The notes: a model not told the origin generated them from the sequence alone. DNA of 64,000 nt from Verrucomicrobiota bacterium (GCA_049516255.1 JBEKTH010000014.1:4726-68725), one strand, 5' to 3'; positions 55,296-63,780 are shown, counted from the first letter of the stretch. Translations and numbers: made by a program.

Positions 55296-55900
55296 GTGAC
55301 GAAATGAAATCCAGCTCGCCTCAGACGTCCGGCACCGAACCGTCCGTTTCGCATTCGACGGTGCCGATCTGGATCATCGTCCTGACACTGGTGTTGTTGT
55401 TCCTGGGCATGGTTTATTTTGATCATCATAGCGGTTGGTTTGATGCCCAGGTTTACGGTCCTTACGCGTCCACCGAGGAATTGGAATTGTACCAGCCGAA
55501 ATCCGGCGAGGCCGCCCTCCTGGCGCGGGGCAAGGCGCATTACGATCAGGTTTGCGGCCTGTGTCACGGAGTTGACGGTCTTGGCAAACCCGGTCAGGCG
55601 CCGCCGCTGGCCGGTTCCGAATGGGTGAACACCAAGGGTTTCGAACGCCTCACGCATATTCCTTTGGCGGGCGTCAGTGGCCAGCTTTCCGTCAAGGGCC
55701 AGATGTGGAGCCTGTCCATGCCGGCGATGGGCGCGGCGATGTCTGATGACGATCTGGCTGGCGTGCTGTCTTACATCCGCAATTCCTGGGGCAATAAGGG
55801 CGGGCCGGTGACGGCGGATGAGGTCAAGGCCGCCCGGGCTGCCCTGGGTGCGCATCCGCTGCCGATGAGCGGCGATCAAATGTCGAAGATGCCGGAATAA
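55292..55900 (+). CDS. Membrane-anchored monohaem c-type cytochrome
   Basis: TM helix IWIIVLTLVLLFLGMVYF, haem motif CGLCHG, distal MPAMG, and the C-terminus LSYIRNSWGN. ATGA overlap with the preceding gene. Confidence 0.85.
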   Translation: MSDEMKSSSPQTSGTEPSVSHSTVPIWIIVLTLVLLFLGMVYFDHHSGWFDAQVYGPYASTEELELYQPKSGEAALLARGKAHYDQVCGLCHGVDGLGKPGQAPPLAGSEWVNTKGFERLTHIPLAGVSGQLSVKGQMWSLSMPAMGAAMSDDDLAGVLSYIRNSWGNKGGPVTADEVKAARAALGAHPLPMSGDQMSKMPE

Positions 55901-55955
55901 AACTCCGCGTGCGCCGGCCTCTTGCCGACGATTTCTTCAATCCACGGTTGAATGC

Positions 55956-55981
55956 GCCGGCAAGATGCCAGCGCTCCCAGT
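55956..55981. repeat. GCCGGCAAGATGCC(A/G)GCGCTCCC REP element
   Basis: gcgccggcaagatgccagcgctcccag lies immediately after the respiratory operon. Confidence 0.8.
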
Positions 55982-56000
55982 GATGACATGGCGGCCCGGC

Positions 56001-56216
56001 TTACTTGCTATTGAGTAGTTTGGCCTTTTGGGCCTGATAATCCTGGTCCGAGATGGCTCCGGCATCCTTGGCCTTCTGCAGGTCAATCAATTGCTGGCCG
56101 AGGGTGGGGGACTGTAGATTGCTGGTGGCGCCGCCACCGAGATGCAATTCCAGGCATCCGATCAGAAGTGTCATGGCCAACAGACCGGCCAACAGGGGAA
56201 TGAACGGTTTTTTCAT
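56001..56216 (-). CDS. Small lipoprotein with SHOCT-like C-terminus
   Basis: MKKPFIPLLAGLLAMTLLIGC is a lipobox. The C-terminus LIDLQKAKDAGAISDQDYQAQKAKLL resembles the SHOCT motif. Confidence 0.6.
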   Translation of the reverse strand: MKKPFIPLLAGLLAMTLLIGCLELHLGGGATSNLQSPTLGQQLIDLQKAKDAGAISDQDYQAQKAKLLNSK

Positions 56217-56419
56217 GGGAATGATATTTGTATGTCGCATGTTTGGTTTGCTGCGTCCAACACGACCCAACGAATTCAATCAAAATTAGGGGTGGCTCTG
56301 TATTGCAAGTCAAGTTTTAACGTGGCTAATTTAGACTTCCTCCTCGTCCCATCCGAACTCCTGCGCCTGATTTAAGCGTGTAGGACTTTCCTGAAGCACA
56401 AAATCGATCCGGCAGCCAG

Positions 56420-56629
56420 TTATTCGTTTAATCCCCACCGGATCTGTCCATGCGCGTCACGGAGCAAAGCTTCCAGAACCGGGCCGACTTCGTTCGCCTG
56501 CATCCGAATCTGCTCCCTCATCTTTTCCGATTCTTCCACCACCAACCCGATGTCAGCCTCCGCTGTTTCCAGTTGCCCGCGCCCGTCCGCACCCGTTGTG
56601 CTGTTCAATGGTTGCGTGGCCGCGTTCAT
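56420..56629 (-). CDS. Hypothetical small protein
   Basis: ORF 56420..56677 trimmed to the ATG giving MNAATQPL. No family recognised and coding status is uncertain. Confidence 0.25.
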   Translation of the reverse strand: MNAATQPLNSTTGADGRGQLETAEADIGLVVEESEKMREQIRMQANEVGPVLEALLRDAHGQIRWGLNE

Positions 56630-56785
56630 ATAAAGGAACCAAGGCCCGATAGGTCCAAATGTCAAGTGACCGGCCACCTGATTGTGACCTAGGCAGACCG
56701 CCTAGTGAGGGAACTTCGCGGTCGCACGGAACCGATGTTTTTATCCACTTGTATTCCTCAGAACAAGCAGGGAACGTGGTGCGCC

Positions 56786-57139
56786 ATGTCCGTGAACGAC
56801 CAGACCGCCGGTCCCAATCCACCTCGTTCAACATCGGGACGGCTGAGGCTGATTGGCCTCATGGTGCTGTTGCTGGGACTCGCCGGCGCGGGCCTGGTTT
56901 ATTGGATCGGAACCCATTCCGGGGAACCCACCGAGGATGAGTTGTTGACGGGAAACGCCCGGGCGGAATCGCATCAGATGGGAGTCCTTTACGGTAAAAT
57001 GGGCATTTTGGTTTTACAATGGTCTGACGATCTGAAACAACCAGGCACGCAGGCCATCCTCATCGCCGGGGTTTCCATCCTGATTGCCGCCGGCTGCTTT
57101 TACTTCGCCCGGCTGTTGCATGACAATAAACCGCACTGA
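56786..57139 (+). CDS. Hypothetical two-TM membrane protein
   Basis: From the ATG at 56786, two hydrophobic helices (LRLIGLMVLLLGLAGAGLVYWI and AILIAGVSILIAAGCFYFA). Confidence 0.5.
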   Translation: MSVNDQTAGPNPPRSTSGRLRLIGLMVLLLGLAGAGLVYWIGTHSGEPTEDELLTGNARAESHQMGVLYGKMGILVLQWSDDLKQPGTQAILIAGVSILIAAGCFYFARLLHDNKPH

Positions 57140-57200
57140 CAAAAGGGAAAGCCTGCGAAACGGCCTTGCGCAAGCGGTCCGTCTCGCATAAGACGCCGCG

Positions 57201-57809
57201 ATGTCAGAACCATTTCAACCGGCCGACGCCCGACGATTTGAAGCCGCGCTCCGCCGTTTTGACGATGAAAACGCGCGCGACCCGAACCGGGAAACCGCCG
57301 ACGGTGTGGCCCAGCCGCGCGAGTTGCTGTACGCCCGGCGATTGAATGACCGGGTGTTGCGGCTTTGCCCCGATGCCTCCGAGCCATTGCGGCTGGCAGC
57401 GCGGTGCCAGCACCTGTGCCGTTGGGAAATCGCCCGCAGTTCATATCCGATGACCCGAACGGGTTATCTGCAGTGGCGCGCCACCTTGAAGAAATTTCAC
57501 GCACAGAAGGCCGGTGACATTTTGCGCGAACTCGGCTACCCGGAAGATGTGGTTCGCCGTGTCCAGGATTTGAATCTCAAGAAATATTTTCCCGACGACC
57601 CGGAAACGCGGGTGTTGGAGGACGCGCTGTGCCTGGTGTTTCTGGAATATCAGTTGGCTGACCTGGCCGCCAAGACCGCGGGGGACAAGACGATCAATGC
57701 CCTGCAAAAGTCCTGGCAGAAAATGACGCCGGCCGCCCGGGCCGAGGCGTTGAAATTGAATTACGGCCCGCACGAAAAAGCCTTGCTGGAACGTGCGCTC
57801 AAAGCCTGA
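57201..57809 (+). CDS. DUF4202 domain protein
   Basis: LRLAARCQHLCRWEIARSSYPMTRTGYLQWRATLKKFHA and LEDALCLVFLEYQL match the DUF4202 pattern as I recall it. Confidence 0.7.
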   Translation: MSEPFQPADARRFEAALRRFDDENARDPNRETADGVAQPRELLYARRLNDRVLRLCPDASEPLRLAARCQHLCRWEIARSSYPMTRTGYLQWRATLKKFHAQKAGDILRELGYPEDVVRRVQDLNLKKYFPDDPETRVLEDALCLVFLEYQLADLAAKTAGDKTINALQKSWQKMTPAARAEALKLNYGPHEKALLERALKA

Positions 57810-57902
57810 CGCGGTTTTTCGCCGGGCGGATTGGCTTTGCCGGAGATTTGACTTTTGTGCCCTGCGATTCACCGGTAGTCTCGCCCCGTCTTTTGATTCC
57901 CA

Positions 57903-60200
57903 GTGAACACGCCGCCATCGCCTGACGCGCCGCGCGAAAGCCAGGTCCCGCTTTGCGTGGATTTGGACGGCACGCTCATTAAAACCGATCTGCTCTGGGA
58001 ATCGCTCGCGCAGCTCCTCCGGCGGAATCCATTCCAGCTTTTTCCCGTCCTCGTCTGGTGGATGCGTGGCCGGGCGTTCCTCAAACAACAGCTTGCCCGG
58101 CGGGTTTCGATCGACCCGGCGACCCTGCCATACAAGGAGTCGCTCATGGCGTTTCTGCGCGAACAAAAGAGCGCAGGACGAAAACTGGTGCTCGCCACGG
58201 CCTCCGACCGCGATCTGGCCCTGCCGGTGGCCAGTTACGTCGGCCTTTTCGACGAGGTGCTGGCGAGTGATGGGCGGACCAATCTCCGGGGACAAAACAA
58301 ACTCAAGGTGCTCGTTGAAAAGTTCGGCGAACGCGGTTTTGATTACGCGGGCAATTCGCGCACCGACCTCGCCGTCTGGCGCGGCGCGCGCCTGGCGATT
58401 GTGGTCAATGCCGGCCCTGCGCTGGTGAAGCAGGCCGCCGAATGCGCCCGACCCGGTCCGGCGTTCACCATGGATTATTCGCCATTCGGCACGCCGAAGC
58501 GGTTTCTCAATGAGCTGTTGCTGCGCAGTGGTTATCTGGCCGCCATCGGCGCGGGTTTGTTGCTGACGGCGGCGTTCCCCAAAATCGGAATCGCCGGATT
58601 TGCCTGGATTGCACCGGGGTTGTTGCTCGCCATTGCCCAGGGCAAGAGCCGCGGTGACGCCTTTCGCATCGGTTATATCGCGGGCCTGGCCCATTTTCTC
58701 TCGTCCCTTTACTGGCTGTTGCTGATTCCGGCGGCGGGGTTTCCGATTCTGGGCTGGGTCGCCCTGGGCGTTTTCCTGGCGTTGTATCCCGCGGTCTGGG
58801 TCTGGCTCATGGCGGGAAAAATCGGCGAGGGCGATTGGGCGCGCCGGACCCGCTGGGCGTTCGCGGGCGCCGCCGCCTGGGTGGCGCTGGAAATGGTGCG
58901 CGCCCGGTTGTTCGGCGGTTTCCCCTGGGATTTGCTCGGCGTCTCCCAATACCGGATGGTCCCGCTGATTCAAATCGCGTCCGTGACCGGCGTGTATGGC
59001 GTTTCCTTTCTGGTCGTGTGGTTTTCCCTGTCGCTGTTCTCCGCCGCGCGCGCGATCTTCGGCAACCCGAATCGTCGCTTCGTCTGGCAGGCGGAAATGA
59101 TCCTGCCACTGCTGACCGTCATGGGCCTGTTTATTTTCGGGTTCGTGCGGTCAGGGCAGGGGAATCCACCGGGAACCACCCTGCGCGTGCTGCTGGTCCA
59201 ACCAGGCATTCCCCAAACGCTGATCTGGAATCCGGCCCGGGATGAGCAACGATTTCAGCAATTGCTGCAAATGACGGAAAAGGCACTCGCTGAAAACATC
59301 AATCAAGCACCGGCGGTGCCAGTGGTGCAAATTCTTGGCGCTTCGAATCCAGGAGAAATTCGAAGCAACCAACCCCTCTCCGGTCCTGTGGACAGGGCGA
59401 GGGGCACGTCCGGGACAGATTTGTTGATCTGGCCAGAGTCTGCCGTGCCGAAGATGTTGCGTTACGACGAAGCCACCTATCGCGCCGTCACGGAACTGGC
59501 GCAATCGAATCAGGTCTGGCTGATTACGAGCAGCGACGACGCCGAGCCGGCGCGCAACGGTTCGGCCAATCCGGATGACGCGGACTATTTCAACAGCGCC
59601 TTTCTGGTCTCGCCGGCCGGCCGGCTGGCGGACGTGTATCACAAGCGCAAGCTGGTGATTTTCGGCGAATACATTCCGCTCGTTCAATGGCTGCCGTTCA
59701 TCAAATATCTCACGCCCATCACCGGCAGTTTCACGCCCGGCGACCAGCCGGTGACCTTCGAACTCAGCGATCTGCACGTCAATGCCGCACCGCTCATATG
59801 TTTTGAGGACACGTTTCCGGGAACCGCGCGTCAATCGGCGAAGGATGATGTGGATTTTCTGGTGAACCTGACGAACGACGGCTGGTTCGGCGACAGTGCG
59901 GCGCAATGGCAGCACCTGGCCACCGCCGTTTTTCGCGCCGTGGAAAACAATCTCCCGCTCATCCGCTGCGCGAACAATGGTGTGACCTGCTGGATTGATG
60001 CCAGCGGCCGCGTGCGGGACATTTTCAAGGACCACACCGGCAGCGTTTACGGTGTGGGCACCATGACGGTGGACGTTCCGGTGACCCAGGCCGGCGCCGG
60101 GCGCACGCCAACGTTTTACCATCGCCATGGCGACTGGTTCGGCTGGGGGTGTGTGTTGGTGGCGGCCCTGGTTTCGGTCCGGTCAAAAAAAACCGCTTGA
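57903..60200 (+). CDS. lnt: Fusion protein: N-terminal HAD-like hydrolase domain and apolipoprotein N-acyltransferase
   Basis: Residues 1 to about 200 carry CVDLDGTLIKTD (DxDxT) and LVLATASD...GNSRTDL. The remainder has polytopic Lnt TMs and a CN-hydrolase domain with WPESAVP (Glu), HKRKLVIFGEYIP (Lys) and ICFEDTF (Cys). It is one continuous 765-codon frame. Confidence 0.85.
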   Translation: MNTPPSPDAPRESQVPLCVDLDGTLIKTDLLWESLAQLLRRNPFQLFPVLVWWMRGRAFLKQQLARRVSIDPATLPYKESLMAFLREQKSAGRKLVLATASDRDLALPVASYVGLFDEVLASDGRTNLRGQNKLKVLVEKFGERGFDYAGNSRTDLAVWRGARLAIVVNAGPALVKQAAECARPGPAFTMDYSPFGTPKRFLNELLLRSGYLAAIGAGLLLTAAFPKIGIAGFAWIAPGLLLAIAQGKSRGDAFRIGYIAGLAHFLSSLYWLLLIPAAGFPILGWVALGVFLALYPAVWVWLMAGKIGEGDWARRTRWAFAGAAAWVALEMVRARLFGGFPWDLLGVSQYRMVPLIQIASVTGVYGVSFLVVWFSLSLFSAARAIFGNPNRRFVWQAEMILPLLTVMGLFIFGFVRSGQGNPPGTTLRVLLVQPGIPQTLIWNPARDEQRFQQLLQMTEKALAENINQAPAVPVVQILGASNPGEIRSNQPLSGPVDRARGTSGTDLLIWPESAVPKMLRYDEATYRAVTELAQSNQVWLITSSDDAEPARNGSANPDDADYFNSAFLVSPAGRLADVYHKRKLVIFGEYIPLVQWLPFIKYLTPITGSFTPGDQPVTFELSDLHVNAAPLICFEDTFPGTARQSAKDDVDFLVNLTNDGWFGDSAAQWQHLATAVFRAVENNLPLIRCANNGVTCWIDASGRVRDIFKDHTGSVYGVGTMTVDVPVTQAGAGRTPTFYHRHGDWFGWGCVLVAALVSVRSKKTA
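59341..59405. repeat. Intragenic palindromic REP in-frame in lnt
   Basis: cttcgaat ccaggagaa attcgaag, then cccctctccggtcctgtggacagggcgagggg. It encodes ASNPGEIRSNQPLSGPVDRARG, just upstream of the WPES motif. Confidence 0.7.
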
Positions 60201-60244
60201 AATCCTTGCAGAAGCGGTGGATATAGGGTTAATCCAATATTCTT

Positions 60245-60694
60245 ATGAAATCGAGCGTTCCAATCAGCGCGCTGTTGCATCACAAAGGTACGGCGCTATG
60301 GTCCATCACGCCGGAGTTGACGGTCTTCGAGGCCATCAAGCTCATGGCGGACAAAAACATCGGCGCCCTGCTGGTCCTGTCGGGCGGCAAACTGGTGGGC
60401 GTGTTCACCGAGCGTGATTACACGCGCAAGATCGCGTTGCAGGGCAAAACCTCCAAGGCCACCAAGGTCAGCGAAATCCTCTCCAGCCAGATTGTTTCCG
60501 TCACCCCCCATCATACGGTCGAGGAATGCATGAAGCTCATGACGGAAAACCGCGTGCGGCATCTGCCTGTCCTGGAAAACGAGAAGGTCACCGGCATCGT
60601 GTCCATCGGCGACCTGGTGAACTGGACGATTTCAGCCCAGGACGCGGCCATCGCGCAAATGGAGCAGTACATCGCCGGCGGCGTGACGGTGTAA
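60245..60694 (+). CDS. CBS domain pair protein
   Basis: 149 aa with two CBS motifs (NIGALLVL..GKLVGVFTERD and RVRHLPVLENEKVTGIVSIGDL). Confidence 0.9.
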   Translation: MKSSVPISALLHHKGTALWSITPELTVFEAIKLMADKNIGALLVLSGGKLVGVFTERDYTRKIALQGKTSKATKVSEILSSQIVSVTPHHTVEECMKLMTENRVRHLPVLENEKVTGIVSIGDLVNWTISAQDAAIAQMEQYIAGGVTV

Positions 60695-60696
60695 GC

Positions 60697-61158
60697 TTAC
60701 GGCTTGGCGGGCGGCGAATTGGTGTCCGCAGTCGTTGCGGTGCGCATGTCGGAGATGACCGTGGTGGTCTTGATGCGTTTGGCCGTAAAATCTTCCGAGC
60801 CGAAATCGCCGACCTGCCGGCGGAACTGGATTTCGTCGCCATTGACCTTGCCGGTGTATTCAATGCGGATGTCGTTGTCGTCGAATTTGAGTGGCTCGAC
60901 AAAGGAGATGCCGTTGGTGGTGACCGAGCCTTCGGTGATGGCCACGTCGTTCGTTCCGTTGTCGCGGATGCCGAAAGCCTTGCCGGTCAGGTTGGTTCCG
61001 TCCACCGCGAATGTGTAAATGTAGCTCTGGTGTCCGACCGGGCTGTCGAACTCGCCGTGCCATTTGCCGGCGACGCTGTCTTGCGCGCGCGCCGCGCCGG
61101 CAAACGTCAGGGCGCACGTTGCGGTGATGAGTGCATTGAGAAAAGTTTTCATGATCAT
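60697..61158 (-). CDS. Secreted hypothetical protein (small beta-rich domain)
   Basis: Signal peptide MKTFLNALITATCALTFAGAARA. GKWHGEFDSP.G...YIYTFAVDGTNLTGKA...YTGKVNGDEIQFRR is a pattern common in Planctomycetes/Acidobacteria hypotheticals. Confidence 0.65.
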   Translation of the reverse strand: MIMKTFLNALITATCALTFAGAARAQDSVAGKWHGEFDSPVGHQSYIYTFAVDGTNLTGKAFGIRDNGTNDVAITEGSVTTNGISFVEPLKFDDNDIRIEYTGKVNGDEIQFRRQVGDFGSEDFTAKRIKTTTVISDMRTATTADTNSPPAKP

Positions 61159-61336
61159 TTCCGTGGTGATGGTTTGGACAATCCACAGGAAGCCAGAAGC
61201 GGGCCGGGGAGGGAAGGAAATATAATAACAACTTTTGTGGACGATTCTTTCGGCTTTCCTTGGCTTTAATCCTGCTTTTATCAGCCGAAACCGGTTGAGG
61301 TAACAGTTGAAAAACCGGCTTTAGCGGAACGAGTGC

Positions 61337-62350
61337 ATGATGGACAATCGCCATGACCCATTGATCCCCTTCCGGAAAATCCTCCCGGTGGCCGTTCTGA
61401 TCTGGCTCGCGACGGCGCCCGGGTTGGCCGGACCGGCGGCTCCGTCATTGTCCCGGACCAATCACGTTGCGATGGCGCCTTCCAATCCGCTGCCGTCGCC
61501 GATCGTCACCGCCGATGGCCAAACCTACAACGCGGTAAAACTACTGCGGGTGCTGCCGGATGGATTGCTGGTCCAATACCTGCCGGATGCCGGCGGCATG
61601 GGTTTGGCCCGGCTCAAATTCGCGAAGCTTTCAAAATCGCTCCAGACCCGGTTTGGCTACGACCCGGCAAAAGCGTCGATGTTTGAGCAGGGCGAAATAA
61701 TTGTGATGACGGAACTGTCGCGGCGGATGCGTGAAGACGAAAACATAAGGACCGCAGTTTTGGAGAACAATGATGTCTCCCCGGTCAGCGTCGAGGCCGG
61801 CACCCCGATCGTCAGCTACGCCTATTACGACCGGGCCGGACCCAAACCCGCGGAAATCGCCGAGGACATGGACGGGGACACGGAATATGCCTTTGGTTGC
61901 AACCCCGCCTTCGCCTTTCACGTCACGCGCCTTGGCCTGGGTGAACCCTTCAGTTTCCACATCGGGACCGTGACCATGTATCTTGGTCTGAAGATCACCA
62001 TCGTCATGCCCCGGGGCGATTACGAGAAGTTGAAGGATCACGAGGAGGGCCACCGGAAAATTGTCGAGTACTTTTATTCCCTGGGCCCGACCGTGGCGCG
62101 GCAGGCGGGCGGACTCATGGCCGGCATGGATGAGACTTCATCGGCCACGGACTATGACGCGGCCAAGGCAGAAGTCTTCACCAAAGCGACCGACGAGGTG
62201 GAAACCGAATACATGAAATACATCCGGGACCTCTGCGGACAGGCCAACGATTATTACGACGAACTGACCGACCATGGCCGAAATGACGTTGACTCCACCC
62301 AGGCCGCCCAGGAGGCCATCCGCCGTTATGCGCCGCAATTGCCGGATTAA
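61337..62350 (+). CDS. Secreted protein with HExxH motif (DUF922-like putative Zn-metallopeptidase)
   Basis: Signal-like N-terminus (ILPVAVLIWLATAPGLAG). The central segment KITIVMPRGDYEKLKDHEEGHRKIV contains HEEGH in a DUF922-like context. Confidence 0.5.
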   Translation: MMDNRHDPLIPFRKILPVAVLIWLATAPGLAGPAAPSLSRTNHVAMAPSNPLPSPIVTADGQTYNAVKLLRVLPDGLLVQYLPDAGGMGLARLKFAKLSKSLQTRFGYDPAKASMFEQGEIIVMTELSRRMREDENIRTAVLENNDVSPVSVEAGTPIVSYAYYDRAGPKPAEIAEDMDGDTEYAFGCNPAFAFHVTRLGLGEPFSFHIGTVTMYLGLKITIVMPRGDYEKLKDHEEGHRKIVEYFYSLGPTVARQAGGLMAGMDETSSATDYDAAKAEVFTKATDEVETEYMKYIRDLCGQANDYYDELTDHGRNDVDSTQAAQEAIRRYAPQLPD

Positions 62351-62419
62351 AATCAATCGGGCCGGTGTTGTAGCGGCGCTCTGTGAACGCCGGAAAACGG
62401 CGACGGTCATAGACCGCCG

Positions 62420-63142
62420 CTACAGGACGATTGCATTGGCGTGGTCGAAAGCACCGCTCCGCAGAAATTGAATCGTTTGCCGGATCGCTTCACGGTTTTT
62501 CATGATGAATGGATGCGCTGTGTGAATGACGATCTGATCGCTCATGCCCGCTAGTTTGGTTCGTTCAATGGAAACCTTGCCGTCGTCAGCACCGGGAATC
62601 AGCAGGCTGTTGATCCAGTTGATGGAGCGGTCGCCGGCAATGACGCCGACCGGATAATTGACCGGGCCGAGTTGGTTGGGGGTGGAATGGGTGCCGGTGC
62701 CCAGTTCATCTCCCGCCGGGCCGTTGAGCCATTTGAAAACAAACGTCCAGCCAAGCTTGTCCACGACCTCGCTGCCCTGGTTCGGCGGCGCGAGCATGAC
62801 CACACGCCCGAGCTCCGGCAGGGAATGACGCGCGAGGTAACTGCGAACCAGAATCCCACCGAGCGAATGCGTGACAAAATCAATCTTCGTTGCGCCGTTG
62901 CGCTGGCAATCGGCGACGGCCTTGCCAATCGCGTCATCAGCGAGCTTTTGGATGGATGCCGTGCGCGAGGGATAACTCACATTTTGGACCCGGTAGCCCG
63001 CGTCGGTGAGCGCGTGCTCCATCTTGGCCATCGAATGGCTGGTGCGGCACAGCCCGTGCAGCAAAATCACCGTTTCCGGCGCGCTGAACGCCGGTGAAGA
63101 AATCGCAACCATAGCCATGAAAGTTAAAATTCTCAAAAACAT
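62420..63142 (-). CDS. Secreted alpha/beta-hydrolase (esterase/lipase family)
   Basis: Signal peptide MFLRILTFMAMVAISSPAFS, an oxyanion region VILLHGL, and a nucleophile elbow THSLGG. Confidence 0.85.
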   Translation of the reverse strand: MFLRILTFMAMVAISSPAFSAPETVILLHGLCRTSHSMAKMEHALTDAGYRVQNVSYPSRTASIQKLADDAIGKAVADCQRNGATKIDFVTHSLGGILVRSYLARHSLPELGRVVMLAPPNQGSEVVDKLGWTFVFKWLNGPAGDELGTGTHSTPNQLGPVNYPVGVIAGDRSINWINSLLIPGADDGKVSIERTKLAGMSDQIVIHTAHPFIMKNREAIRQTIQFLRSGAFDHANAIVL

Positions 63143-63191
63143 TCAGACTGTAAAACCTATTTTGGTCGAAGCGGACACAAGTGCGAGTGGA

Positions 63192-63255
63192 ATTTTACCC
63201 CAACGGGGTAAAATCACTCAGCCCAGGATTGGCGCGAAACGACTATCCTGGGCTG
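63192..63255. repeat. Two perfect 10-bp-stem hairpins (REP)
   Basis: attttacccc aac ggggtaaaat (63192-63214), and cagcccagga ... tcctgggctg (63219-63255). Confidence 0.8.
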
Positions 63256-63277
63256 ATCGATTGAATCCCGTTGGAAT

Positions 63278-63751
63278 TTAATTGCAACGATAAGGTTTAT
63301 GTCCGTAAATCCTTCCACGATTATTGAAGGCTTGAAAATATTTCGGGTTGAGTTGGATGGCTTCGGTGTAATCGCTTATCGCCTTATCCCAATTTTGTTT
63401 TTCTTGATAGGCAACTCCACGATTGTAAAAGACTCCGGCATTTTTAGGATCAAGTTCAATGGCTTTGCTCCAATCAATCATTGCTTCATCAAGTTCGCCT
63501 TTTCGTTGATAGGCATTTCCCCGATTGGCGTATGCTGCGGCGATGTTGGGATTAAGCTCAATAGCTTTGTTCCAATCAGCAATTGCTCCGTCCAAATCGT
63601 TCTTGCCAACATTCGCAATTCCCCGGAAAACAAAAGCATCTACATTTTTGGGGTCTAATCGCAGAATTTCGCTCCAGCACGAAAAGGCTTTTTCATAGTC
63701 TTCTTTGCGTAAAGCCTCGTTACCATGATTAGATAACTTTTGAATGTCCAT
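63278..63751 (-). CDS. Tetratricopeptide repeat protein
   Basis: 157 aa with four 34-aa TPR units (A.....G.A..G....A..D..KAIELNP type). It is markedly AT-rich compared with its neighbours. Confidence 0.9.
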   Translation of the reverse strand: MDIQKLSNHGNEALRKEDYEKAFSCWSEILRLDPKNVDAFVFRGIANVGKNDLDGAIADWNKAIELNPNIAAAYANRGNAYQRKGELDEAMIDWSKAIELDPKNAGVFYNRGVAYQEKQNWDKAISDYTEAIQLNPKYFQAFNNRGRIYGHKPYRCN

Positions 63752-63780
63752 ATATCCTGTGAGTCAATTTTACATTGAAG

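Noticed and set aside
53026-55900. Annotating the locus simply as a functional cbb3-type cytochrome c oxidase (ccoNOP)
   Set aside because: The CcoN homologue has only five His, none at ligand positions. The third gene is monohaem rather than dihaem CcoP, and ccoQ is absent.
57441-60128. ORFs 57441..58973 (-) and 59151..60128 (-)
   Set aside because: They are antisense to DUF4202 and lnt, with Arg/Gly/Pro-rich composition and no domains.
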